NCBI GenBank assembly: GCA_964014485.1
Contig: CAXHAT010000003.1
Span: 1 to 64,000, forward strand
Reading direction: 5' to 3'
DNA length: 64,000 bases
From: an uncultured Deferribacteres bacterium
GTDB lineage: Bacteria > Zhuqueibacterota > Zhuqueibacteria > Zhuqueibacterales > Geothermadaptataceae
How positions within the stretch are numbered: position 1 is the first letter of the stretch; the number at the start of each line of letters is the position of its first letter. The position numbers were made by a program, and so were the translations under genes. The notes below the pieces were generated by a model, which was not told the origin of the DNA, did no database searches, and worked only from the letters and a program-made list of their open reading frames with translations. This document shows, one piece after another, positions 41,131 through 50,121 of this stretch.

Positions 41131-42555
41131 ATGCACTTTAACTTTAAACAAAAAAGCGCGAAGCGCGTGAAAATTCCCCCTTCGAAGGGGGTTAGGGGGA
41201 TGTTCTGCGGCGGCGTTCATGAAGCGATGCGCGCAAATATTCACTCCGTTTCCCTTTCGAAGCGGCCTTCAGTTGCAGGCTTTTTAAAGAAGCCGACGCC
41301 GCACTCCGTGTCATTTCGAGCGGACGAAATGAAAAAACAATCGTTTACAAAACGGATAAAGCCCGCTTTAATGTTTGTTCTTTTCGACGATTCCAGAGCG
41401 AGAAATCTCAGCCGTTCCTTGACAAAAGCCTTGAGATTCCTCGCTTCGAACTTCAAAAGCTTTTCTTTGAGAACAATATTTTATCGTTCTCAAAAAAGCG
41501 CATTCCCAAAAAAACTTCCGCTCGGAATGACAAACCGAAATGCGGCGCGGTTGGATTCTCGTTCCAATGCTTCGCGTTGGAATGCAGTTTTCGACGCTTT
41601 GCGTCGCGTGCTTTTTGGGAAAACAAATGCGCTGGAATCAAATCCTGAGCGTCATGAATGGACGCGGAAGCGTCCGGGCTGTATTCCCACGCAAAGCCTG
41701 GGAACGAGACTCTCAAGAACCCTGCCCCAAAAAACCGCCTTCCTTTCGAAAGGAGGAACTGAGAACGCTGCTCGCCTAACGATTCAAATACTTTTTGTAT
41801 TTATCTGTTTCTGTCTAACGACAAACGCCAGCGCGCAAGCGCCGCGCGTCACGATTGAAGCGCCGGAGCTGCGGCAATTGGCGGGAGCGCGGGTTGAGTT
41901 GAATTTTCGCGCCGGGGCTTTGGATAATCCGGTTCAAAACCTCTTCGGCCTGGCGTTTGAATTGCACTATTCCGACGCGACGCACATTGTTTTTGACAAT
42001 CCGAGCGATGCGCTGGCCGGGCCTTTTTTACAGCCGGACGTTTTTACGTTCACGCGCCACGAGCCGGAAAATCGCGTGTTTTTTCTCGCGGTTAGCCGCA
42101 AACGCGGCGCGGCGGGACAAAACGGCGACGGGATTGCCTTGACGCTGCCGTTCACGATTTCCGAAAATGCGCCGCCGGGAGCGAAAATCTGCTTCACAAT
42201 CCAAAACGTGGCGGCGAATACGCCGGACGGTACGCCGCTGCAATTTGAAGCTGGCGAAACGGTATGTTTGGAAGTGATCGAGCCGGTGATCGAGGTCGTG
42301 CCGAACCCGATTACGCCGAACAACGACACCTACAACGACGAAGTCGAATTCAAGCGCGACGGCGGTTGGCCGGTAGAATTCTCGGTTCGCATCATGGATC
42401 GCACCGGACGGATCATTCGCGTTCTGGAAAACGGCGAAAATAAATGGGACGGCCGCGACAGCGCCGGACGGCTGCAATTGCCGGGCGTTTATCTCTACAC
42501 GATTCACGACGAAGGCCGCGTTGTTCAGCGCGGTTTTTTAGGGATTATTTTGTAA
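41131..42555 (+). CDS. Secreted cohesin-like protein with type B (CHU_C / gliding-motility-associated) CTD; signal peptide interrupted by an in-frame repeat mosaic
   Basis: 'NLFGLAFELHY' cohesin-like; 'PNPITPNND.YND.V.F...I.DR.G..I...WDG...GVYLY...G....I'. Confidence 0.7.
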   Translation: MHFNFKQKSAKRVKIPPSKGVRGMFCGGVHEAMRANIHSVSLSKRPSVAGFLKKPTPHSVSFRADEMKKQSFTKRIKPALMFVLFDDSRARNLSRSLTKALRFLASNFKSFSLRTIFYRSQKSAFPKKLPLGMTNRNAARLDSRSNASRWNAVFDALRRVLFGKTNALESNPERHEWTRKRPGCIPTQSLGTRLSRTLPQKTAFLSKGGTENAARLTIQILFVFICFCLTTNASAQAPRVTIEAPELRQLAGARVELNFRAGALDNPVQNLFGLAFELHYSDATHIVFDNPSDALAGPFLQPDVFTFTRHEPENRVFFLAVSRKRGAAGQNGDGIALTLPFTISENAPPGAKICFTIQNVAANTPDGTPLQFEAGETVCLEVIEPVIEVVPNPITPNNDTYNDEVEFKRDGGWPVEFSVRIMDRTGRIIRVLENGENKWDGRDSAGRLQLPGVYLYTIHDEGRVVQRGFLGIIL

Positions 42556-42573
42556 TGAGCCGTTAAATTTCAC

Positions 42574-42644
42574 GTCATTCCCGCGAAGGCGGGAATCCAG
42601 CTAGTCGCGCAGAGTTTCTGGATTCCCGCCTTCGCGGGAATGAC
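42574..42644. repeat. GTCATTCCCGC palindromic doublet, intergenic
   Basis: Inverted pair. Confidence 0.9.
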
Positions 42645-42750
42645 AAGAGTGGGCGCTTCTTATGATAAGGGACAGCCCGGCGCGATCGTATCATTTTCAA
42701 TAAATAGCCCTGAGCATCACTGAATTTTCAACCATTGCACGACATCAAAA

Positions 42751-45579
42751 ATGCTCTTCTTTGCAAAAATTCCTCGCCAAATTCGGCTGCACATTTTCGC
42801 CCTGGCTTGCGCGTTCTGCGGAATAGCAACCAATGCACAAGCGCAGAAACTGCGGCTGGATTATAACAGCATCGACGCGAGCGCATTTCCGCGCATCGTG
42901 TCGATGGTGACCGTCACCAATGATTCCGGATTTACCGTCGGAGCGCTGGACACGAGCCATTTCGTCGTGCATGAAGACGGCGTGCGCGAATATCCGATTG
43001 AAGTGGTCGAACTGGTCGATGAAAACGTGCCTGTGACGGTCGTTTTGGTTATCGACAAAAGCTCGAGCATGGACGAGTTTAACCTCATGGAAGATACGAA
43101 GGCCGCCGCGATCACTTTCGTGAACATCATGGGGCCGAACGACAAGACCGGGGTCGTTTCCTTTGCCAGTAAAATCTTCACCGAGCACGACGTTTCCGCC
43201 GACAAGCCGTCGATCATCTCCGCCATAAACGCCATTGAAGCGAAGGGCGGCACCTCGCTTTACGACGGCATTATGCGTGCGACCAACGTCATTCGCCCGC
43301 ACTTGCGTCCTGACGAAAGCGCGGCGCTGATTGTGATGACCGACGGCGAAGACAAGGAAGATTCCGAAGCGTCGTTCAACGAGGCGCTCAATGCTTCAAG
43401 GGCGCTTGGAATTCCGGTATTTACCATCACGCTATTCAAGGAAGGCGGCTTTATCGGGCGGGACATGAAAACGCTGGCGGCAGAGACTGGCGGGCTGCAT
43501 TTTCACAGCCCGACTTCGAAGGATTTGGAAGAAATCTACCGCCGTCTTTCCGCTCTTCTGAAGCACCGTTATCGCGTCAGTTACACCACGCACAATCCCG
43601 CCCGCGACGGCACGCTGCGTCTGGTGCAAATTGATGTCAACGCTTTCAATGCGACGGCGTTTGACACGGCCTATTACCGCGCGCCGCTCGATCTGGTCAC
43701 GGTTTCGCCGACGACGCAGGACATTCCGGCGCCGGATCGCAGCTTTGAGATCGAAATCGTCATTCCGCCGTTGAGCAATCCGGTTTTTGAGATGAAGGAT
43801 TTGACTTTTGTTTTGACCTACGATCCGCAATGGTTGAGCGTCCCCAATCTCGATCCTGCGCTTTTATCTGGCGCGTTGTTCGGTGCGCCAAATTCGCATG
43901 CGATTCAGTACGTCGTTGATCAGGCGCACGGCGAGATCAGGTTTACTTTGTCGAAAAATCAGATCGATGATTTAATCAGCGGGCGGGGGCAATTGGTGCG
44001 GGCGGTCTTTCAAACCTCGCCTGATCTGCCGGACAACATCCCGCTGACGTTCACGCTGCAAAATCTTGAATTGCGCAACGGCGAAGGAAACATCATTCCC
44101 TCGGAAGCGACGACGTTGACGGTGAATACTTTTGGTTACATCACAGCGGCGCTGACGACAAATCAGGAGTTGAATCCGGGGCGGGAGTTTTGTCTGTTCC
44201 TTGAGATTCCGCCGCATAGCAAGGCCGTCCCGGAAATGCGTGATTTCGCTTTTGTCGTCAAATACGATCCGTCGTTTTTGACCCTTCGTCCGGCGCAGAA
44301 CGGAGCATTTCAGCCCGGCGCATTGTTCCAGCCTAGCGGCAGTTTTTCGGCGCAATTCAACCCGGATGCTCAGGGCGGCGGCTTGCAGGGAAGCCTGACG
44401 AAAAATGAAGGCGCCGCATTGGTGCAAGGACGCGGCGAAATCGCCAAAATTACGTTCGATGTGTCGCCGGATTTGCCGGACAGTTCGCTGCTGAAATTTG
44501 AGTTCATTTCGGCGAGCGGGCACGACGGCAACGCCTGGCCGCTGCCTTTTCGCACCGAAGATTTAACGATTGTCAGCAACGGGCTGACGGTTTGGCCCGG
44601 CGACACGGATCACAACGGCGTGGTTGAATTGATCGACGTTCTACCGCTCGGCGTGCATTGGGAATTGAACGGCCCGGGCCGTCCGAACGAGCCGGATCCG
44701 ATGCTTTGGAAGGCGCAGCTCACGCAACGCTACCCGGTCAAAAAGGCCGCTCATGCAGACGCTGACGGCAGCGGCGGCGTGAACGAGCAGGACATTGTGC
44801 CGGTCGGCGTCAATTGGGGGAAAACGCAGGGGCAAGCGGCGGCGAAGCCGTCTCAAAAAGGCGTACAATTGCCCTCAGGTTACCTGCTGGCCACGTTGGA
44901 AGAATCGAATGTGCAAGGCCGGGTTAACCTCAGCTTGCGCTATTTTTCAGAAAATGACGCGCCAATTTCTGGAGCGACTTTCAAACTGAATTTGCAAGGT
45001 TCCGGAGCGGCTTTTGTGCGCGCGCTCGCCGGAAACGATTGGCAAAACAACCCGCTTTTGATAGCGCGCGAATTTTCCGGCGATAAAAAAATTGGCGTCG
45101 GAGTCGTTGCATTGGCGGGGCGATCGTTGGCCAAAAAGAACGGCGAAATTGTACAAATTTCTCTGAAATCGGAGCAATCCGATCTGCTGAATAAATTGGT
45201 TTTTGAAGACGTGAATCTTGTCGCGGCGAACGGCGCTTTGATCGTTTCACGTGTTGAAAAAACGCAGGTGGCCGAAGCGATTCCGCAAACGTTTTCGCTC
45301 TCCGACGCCTATCCGAATCCGTTCAACCCGGTGACCAATTTGCGGTTTTCCTTGCCCGAAATCGCCGACGTGCGCGTCAAGATCATCGACGCATTAGGAC
45401 GGGCGGTGTTTGAGTATCGTTTAAACAATGCCTCGGCGGGCTATCATTCCTGGCAGTGGCAAGGACGAAATTCGGCGGGCGAAAACGTCGTCAGCGGCGT
45501 GTACTTCGCGTTGTTTTCGGCAAAAAGCGCGTCGGGAGAAACATGGCAGGCGATGCGAAGGATGAGCCTGGTGAAGTAA
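42751..45579 (+). CDS. VWA + cohesin-like + dockerin-like surface protein with type A CTD/FlgD-Ig
   Basis: MIDAS DKSSS / GGT / TDGED; 'WPGDTDHNG.V...D' and 'ADADGSG.V...D'; 'YPNPFNP.T..RF.LP...W.G....SGVYF...M.LVK'. Confidence 0.85.
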   Translation: MLFFAKIPRQIRLHIFALACAFCGIATNAQAQKLRLDYNSIDASAFPRIVSMVTVTNDSGFTVGALDTSHFVVHEDGVREYPIEVVELVDENVPVTVVLVIDKSSSMDEFNLMEDTKAAAITFVNIMGPNDKTGVVSFASKIFTEHDVSADKPSIISAINAIEAKGGTSLYDGIMRATNVIRPHLRPDESAALIVMTDGEDKEDSEASFNEALNASRALGIPVFTITLFKEGGFIGRDMKTLAAETGGLHFHSPTSKDLEEIYRRLSALLKHRYRVSYTTHNPARDGTLRLVQIDVNAFNATAFDTAYYRAPLDLVTVSPTTQDIPAPDRSFEIEIVIPPLSNPVFEMKDLTFVLTYDPQWLSVPNLDPALLSGALFGAPNSHAIQYVVDQAHGEIRFTLSKNQIDDLISGRGQLVRAVFQTSPDLPDNIPLTFTLQNLELRNGEGNIIPSEATTLTVNTFGYITAALTTNQELNPGREFCLFLEIPPHSKAVPEMRDFAFVVKYDPSFLTLRPAQNGAFQPGALFQPSGSFSAQFNPDAQGGGLQGSLTKNEGAALVQGRGEIAKITFDVSPDLPDSSLLKFEFISASGHDGNAWPLPFRTEDLTIVSNGLTVWPGDTDHNGVVELIDVLPLGVHWELNGPGRPNEPDPMLWKAQLTQRYPVKKAAHADADGSGGVNEQDIVPVGVNWGKTQGQAAAKPSQKGVQLPSGYLLATLEESNVQGRVNLSLRYFSENDAPISGATFKLNLQGSGAAFVRALAGNDWQNNPLLIAREFSGDKKIGVGVVALAGRSLAKKNGEIVQISLKSEQSDLLNKLVFEDVNLVAANGALIVSRVEKTQVAEAIPQTFSLSDAYPNPFNPVTNLRFSLPEIADVRVKIIDALGRAVFEYRLNNASAGYHSWQWQGRNSAGENVVSGVYFALFSAKSASGETWQAMRRMSLVK

Positions 45580-45660
45580 TTTTCAGTAAGCAGTGATTAG
45601 TGATGAGTCATTAGAAACTAATTACAAATCACTAATGACTAATCACCGTTTGGAAAAAGG

Positions 45661-46089
45661 ATGGCAATGAGAAGAAGGAGAAAAAGCGGGGGCGGCGGAT
45701 CGTTGATGATCCGAATGATCGACGTCGTGTTCATTTTGTTGTTCGGCTTTATCGCCGTGTCGCAAATCAGCCAGGCGGAAGCGGTTGAGCCGCCGAAAAG
45801 CGAGGAAGCCATGATGAAAGCGCCTGAAGGGCCGCACATTGTGATTGTCGGCGTGCGCGGCGAGGGCGTTTACTCGGTGGAAGGCGGCGAAAAACTGTTT
45901 CGCAGGCTCGATCAGTTGCAGCGATATTTGAAGTCAGCGTCGGAAAAAGCCAAGGGCAATAACGAAGAATTCCAGGTTCGCATTCGCGCCGAATGGAACG
46001 CCAAGCTGGAAGACGCCCTGCGCGTCGCCAAGCTTTGCCGGGACTCGGAGTTTGTGAAAGGTTTTGACGTGGTGAAAGTAAAGGGATAG
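45661..46089 (+). CDS. ExbD/TolR-family protein 1
   Basis: 'MIDVVFILLFGF' TM helix with conserved Asp; 'V.IRAE'. Confidence 0.85.
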   Translation: MAMRRRRKSGGGGSLMIRMIDVVFILLFGFIAVSQISQAEAVEPPKSEEAMMKAPEGPHIVIVGVRGEGVYSVEGGEKLFRRLDQLQRYLKSASEKAKGNNEEFQVRIRAEWNAKLEDALRVAKLCRDSEFVKGFDVVKVKG

Positions 46090-46189
46090 AGTGAGAATGG
46101 ATAAATGGAATGTTGGATTGATGGAGTTTTGCAAGAAACCCAAAAATCTAACACTCCACTATTCCATGAATCCAATTTTGGGCTAAGAC

Positions 46190-46588
46190 ATGAACGACAA
46201 CAACAGACTGATGGTGCGGCTTATCGACGTGGCGCTCATCGTTTTGATGGGCTTTATCGCGATCAGCCGCTTGAAAACCGAATATATTGACCTGCCCGCC
46301 GCAGGCAATCCCGAACCGCAAAAGACTGAGATTAAGGAAGCGTCTTTGGTCATTTTCGGAGATCGCTACGAATTAAAGGAAAACGGCCGTCGGAAAACCA
46401 TGCGCGGCGTAGACGAGCTTGAGAGCGTGCTGGTCAGCAAAAACCGGCAATACGAAAACCGGGGTCAAAAACTGATGATGAACATTGAATCGCACAAGTC
46501 CGGGATCATGCAAAATCTCGTGCATGTTCTGGACATTTGCGAGCGCAACGAAATCGACAAGAGCCTGAATTATGACAAACTTCCGTGA
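46190..46588 (+). CDS. ExbD/TolR-family protein 2
   Basis: 'LIDVALIVLMGF', 'IDLP', 'LVHVLD'. Confidence 0.82.
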   Translation: MNDNNRLMVRLIDVALIVLMGFIAISRLKTEYIDLPAAGNPEPQKTEIKEASLVIFGDRYELKENGRRKTMRGVDELESVLVSKNRQYENRGQKLMMNIESHKSGIMQNLVHVLDICERNEIDKSLNYDKLP

Positions 46589-47663
46589 CTACATCAAGAA
46601 TCGCGACAATCTGAAAACAACCTCCATCGTCGCGACGCTGCTGTTTCTTTTGTTGGTTTTTATTCTAACGCAGCTTTTCGGTTTCCAGCGTGATCCCGAA
46701 GAAGAAGAAATCGTGCGCATCGAATTGCGCGAACGTCCGCCAAAGGTGCGGCCCAAGTTGAAACAGAAAAACGAGAAGCCCAAGAAGCGCAAAGCCGCCG
46801 GGCCGCCGACGAATTCAAAGCAGGCGCAGAAAAACCCCGCCAAACAGCAGGAGCAGGCCAAGCCGAAAGTGCAAACGGCGGATATTTCTTCTCTTGTGAA
46901 AAGCTTCACGCAGATGAAGGTGACGCGCACAACGACGACCATGCGGCAAACGCGGCAGGCCGAGGCGCAAGTGACGTCGATGAACACGACTTTAACAAAA
47001 TCAACGCGCAGTGACGTTTCCAGCGCCAATTTGAGCGCGCATTTGAGCAGTCGTCCGACGAATATTTCCGGCGGCCGGCGGGGCGCGCCGAGTGCGAGCC
47101 AAAGTGCGTCGGTCGCGGTTGGCGGCGGCAGCAGTCAGGCGGGAACGGTGCAAGGCGTTTCGAGCGGCTTGGCGGGCGGCGCAGGCAATGGTCGTGCGAC
47201 GCGCTCAACCGGAGGCGGCGGTGGAGGCGCATCGATTTCCATCCCCGGCGGCGCCGGAGACGGTGAAGAAGCGGCCATCGATATTCATGACCTAATCAAA
47301 TGGATGAAAGCACATCCGGGGAAAATTCCGCTGTTGGTCGGCTACGAAATGGGCCACAAGGAAGGCGCTGACTTGTCTTCGGCGGTCAACGTGACGATGA
47401 ACGGGCGCAGTTTTACCATGTTTCTCTCGTGTAATGAAAAGGAGCTTTTGCTGCGCATTTGCATGGTCGAGAACAACGAATACACGCTTTTGAAAGACGC
47501 GGGCATTAGCGAAGCCAGCAATTTTCTGACAAGCGGCGGCGTGATTCGCGAAGCTTCCGCGATTAAATCTTTGATCAGCTCCCGCAGCGCCCCGGCGGGC
47601 AAGGCGGATGCTTTTTACGATATTTTCTGGGGTTGGTGGGAAATTGAAAGAGCGAAAATGTAA
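46572..47663 (+). CDS. TonB/TolA-like single-TM protein with a long low-complexity linker and a non-canonical C-terminal domain
   Basis: N-terminal TM helix; K/P/Q-rich then S/G-rich spacer; folded C-terminal ~130 aa; overlaps exbD2. Confidence 0.55.
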   Translation: MTNFRDYIKNRDNLKTTSIVATLLFLLLVFILTQLFGFQRDPEEEEIVRIELRERPPKVRPKLKQKNEKPKKRKAAGPPTNSKQAQKNPAKQQEQAKPKVQTADISSLVKSFTQMKVTRTTTTMRQTRQAEAQVTSMNTTLTKSTRSDVSSANLSAHLSSRPTNISGGRRGAPSASQSASVAVGGGSSQAGTVQGVSSGLAGGAGNGRATRSTGGGGGGASISIPGGAGDGEEAAIDIHDLIKWMKAHPGKIPLLVGYEMGHKEGADLSSAVNVTMNGRSFTMFLSCNEKELLLRICMVENNEYTLLKDAGISEASNFLTSGGVIREASAIKSLISSRSAPAGKADAFYDIFWGWWEIERAKM

Positions 47664-47742
47664 GTAATCAGTGATGAGTCATTAGTCAATAGTTTCTAAT
47701 GACTAAAAACTAATCACTAATGACTGAAAAAAGGGTGAGATT

Positions 47743-49224
47743 ATGTGTGGAAAAGGACGTTCCGGAATCTGGGCTTGTCTGGCAATGACGGCCATTATGG
47801 GGTGCGCGTCTTCGGGCGGCAAAAAAACGGCGGCGAGAGAAACGATGCGTGCTCCGGCGGGCGTGGATCGGATGACGGCGGCAAAGGCGTTTCGCAACGC
47901 TGACAGCAACTTTGTCTCGAAGCAGCGCGAACGGCAGGCGGTGCAACAGTTGGCTGTCGGTCGCAAGCGGTACAACAAAGTTGACGAATTTTGGAAATAT
48001 CTTGACCAAAGCGTGCAGCGCGGAGCACTTTCAGGGGCGCAACAACAGGCTTTCGACCGAGAATTGGCTGCGGGCGCTGAAGCGTTGACCAAGTGGCGCG
48101 ACGCGACCAGTAACGGGCAAAATCAAAAAATGTTGAAAGCGGCCAAGGCGCAATGCTACCAGGCGCAACAGCACTTGGAAAACGCCGTTCGCCTCGATCC
48201 GTTCAATCGCGACGCGCGCGTCTTGCTAGCGATGAATTACTATGCTTTGCAGCATTATTTTGATGAAGAAAAGAACTACGAGCGCGCCGTCGAAGTCCTG
48301 GAACGCCTGGTTCGTCTCGAAAAAGGCGAGCATGAATTGTATCGTCTGCTCGGCGAAAATTACATGGCGATGAAAGTGTTCGATCAGGCTTTGATCAACT
48401 TCCGCCGAGCGCAAAATGTTGTCGTCAAGACAAGCTTTGACACGCCGCCGGATACATCGATGCTCTTTTTTTACGCCTACATGCAGGGCGACGCTTTTGC
48501 CCGCTTGCACAACGCGCCCGGCGCCGTGAAAAGCTTTCAAACGGCGAAGCGATTGGCGCGCAGCGAGCAGGAAAAAACGGACGTTGATAATTATCTCAAA
48601 TGGATCAATTGGGACGGCGGCAATATTCGTGCGTCGGAAGCCTGGGACGAAATTTTGAAGCTGGAAGGACAAAAAAGCTACGCCGCCGTGTCGAAGGCGT
48701 GCATGGGGATTATCCCGCATCTTAAAACGCGCAAAGCCAAGTTATCAGTGCATCATAAATTGGCGGTGATGGAGTTTGAATTTACAGGAAAAAAAGAAAA
48801 AGCCGTCGAGCGAATGCGCGCGCTTTACGAAGCGCTGACTCCCGAGCAAAAAGCCCAGCCGGATGAAACTGTGCAAGCCTACCTGAACGCTTACGGCGCC
48901 ATGCTTTTTAGTTTGGGCGTCGAGAGCCGCAACAAGGATGAGAAAAAAGTGGCGCTGGCATACTTTTCAAAGTCCGTTTCTTTCGACTGGGATCAAATGG
49001 CGAAGGCGTTGCGCGAAACGATCACTCTGGTTTGGAATACGCCGGAGCAGGCGATTACGTACGGCAAGAAGGCGCTTGAGGTCGGGCAGGGCGTGCTTTC
49101 AGAAGAAGAAATTTGCGAGGTTTTTTCGCTCATGGTAAAAGCGCACAAGAGCGCCGGGAAATTCGACGAAGCGCGAACCTATTTTACCAAATGGAAGGCG
49201 TGCGACGCACCGCAGACGGACTAG
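47743..49224 (+). CDS. TPR-repeat lipoprotein
   Basis: Lipobox 'AIMGC'; TPR-like helical repeats. Confidence 0.75.
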   Translation: MCGKGRSGIWACLAMTAIMGCASSGGKKTAARETMRAPAGVDRMTAAKAFRNADSNFVSKQRERQAVQQLAVGRKRYNKVDEFWKYLDQSVQRGALSGAQQQAFDRELAAGAEALTKWRDATSNGQNQKMLKAAKAQCYQAQQHLENAVRLDPFNRDARVLLAMNYYALQHYFDEEKNYERAVEVLERLVRLEKGEHELYRLLGENYMAMKVFDQALINFRRAQNVVVKTSFDTPPDTSMLFFYAYMQGDAFARLHNAPGAVKSFQTAKRLARSEQEKTDVDNYLKWINWDGGNIRASEAWDEILKLEGQKSYAAVSKACMGIIPHLKTRKAKLSVHHKLAVMEFEFTGKKEKAVERMRALYEALTPEQKAQPDETVQAYLNAYGAMLFSLGVESRNKDEKKVALAYFSKSVSFDWDQMAKALRETITLVWNTPEQAITYGKKALEVGQGVLSEEEICEVFSLMVKAHKSAGKFDEARTYFTKWKACDAPQTD

Positions 49225-49290
49225 ACTCTGGCAAATTCCAAAAAACAACATCCAAATTTCAAAATCAGGCAATAACTTTTGGAGAGCAGA

Positions 49291-49917
49291 ATGAGAAGGA
49301 TTTTTATTTCAATATTTATTGGCTTGATGGTCAGCGTCGGCGCTTTGTCGGCGCAGAATAAGGCCGTCGAGGTCGATCAGCGCGAAGTGCAGTACGCCAA
49401 AATTACTGATCAACGCTTGCTGCGCATGTTCATCGACGATTTCATGATTCCCGAGGACAATATTTCCTACATCATCGTGTACGACATCAACGGCGACGGT
49501 TTTGGACAGGGCGATTTGGCGCGGACGTTTCCGGGCGGAAAAGTTTATTTGACCACGCCAAGTGCAAAGGCGCAAAAATTCATGAACACCTGGAATTTTG
49601 GCGGCAACATCCGCTTCACGGCGCACGCCAGCGATCCGCCAGATCAGTTTGAGAATGCGCCGGATTCCGTGCGCGCTATGGGCGGCATCTTCGCGTCGTT
49701 GTTGCGCGGATTGCGCCGAAATTATAAGGGCAAGCCGATCAAAATCCATCTCGAGCAAAATCAGGACGTGGCTTCGATTGAAATTTGGGGCTATGATCCA
49801 CGCTTGATGGATTACAATCCGCCGCCGGAAAACAAAGTCCCGGAAGAAGTGCCGGTGATGAAGTTGATTTATTTGGAAAAGTCGGTGGTGGATAGTGTTT
49901 ATACTGGCAAACAGTAA
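49291..49917 (+). CDS. Secreted hypothetical protein
   Basis: Signal peptide; Dx[DN]xDG-like 'DINGDG'. Confidence 0.7.
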   Translation: MRRIFISIFIGLMVSVGALSAQNKAVEVDQREVQYAKITDQRLLRMFIDDFMIPEDNISYIIVYDINGDGFGQGDLARTFPGGKVYLTTPSAKAQKFMNTWNFGGNIRFTAHASDPPDQFENAPDSVRAMGGIFASLLRGLRRNYKGKPIKIHLEQNQDVASIEIWGYDPRLMDYNPPPENKVPEEVPVMKLIYLEKSVVDSVYTGKQ

Positions 49918-50008
49918 TTAGTAAAGAGTGATTAGATGTTAGTGATTTCTGACTACTCATCACTTTTTACTAATCACTGACTCAAAGACTTCCCCGCGTA
50001 TCCATCCG

Positions 50009-50051
50009 AAAAAAGCCTCTCCCGCTGGTTTTAGGGAGAGGCTTTATTTTT
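50009..50051. terminator. Bidirectional intrinsic terminator
   Basis: AAAAAAGCCTCTCCC-loop-GGGAGAGGCTTTATTTT between convergent genes. Confidence 0.8.
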
Positions 50052-50121
50052 AGTGAATAGTTATTAGTGATTGGTAATAGTGACGACCAAAGACTAACCA
50101 CTATTTACTAAATACTGATCA

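Noticed and set aside
20908..42644. Recurrent palindromic repeats as a CRISPR array
   Set aside because: Dispersed inverted doublets with no regular repeat-spacer period and no cas genes
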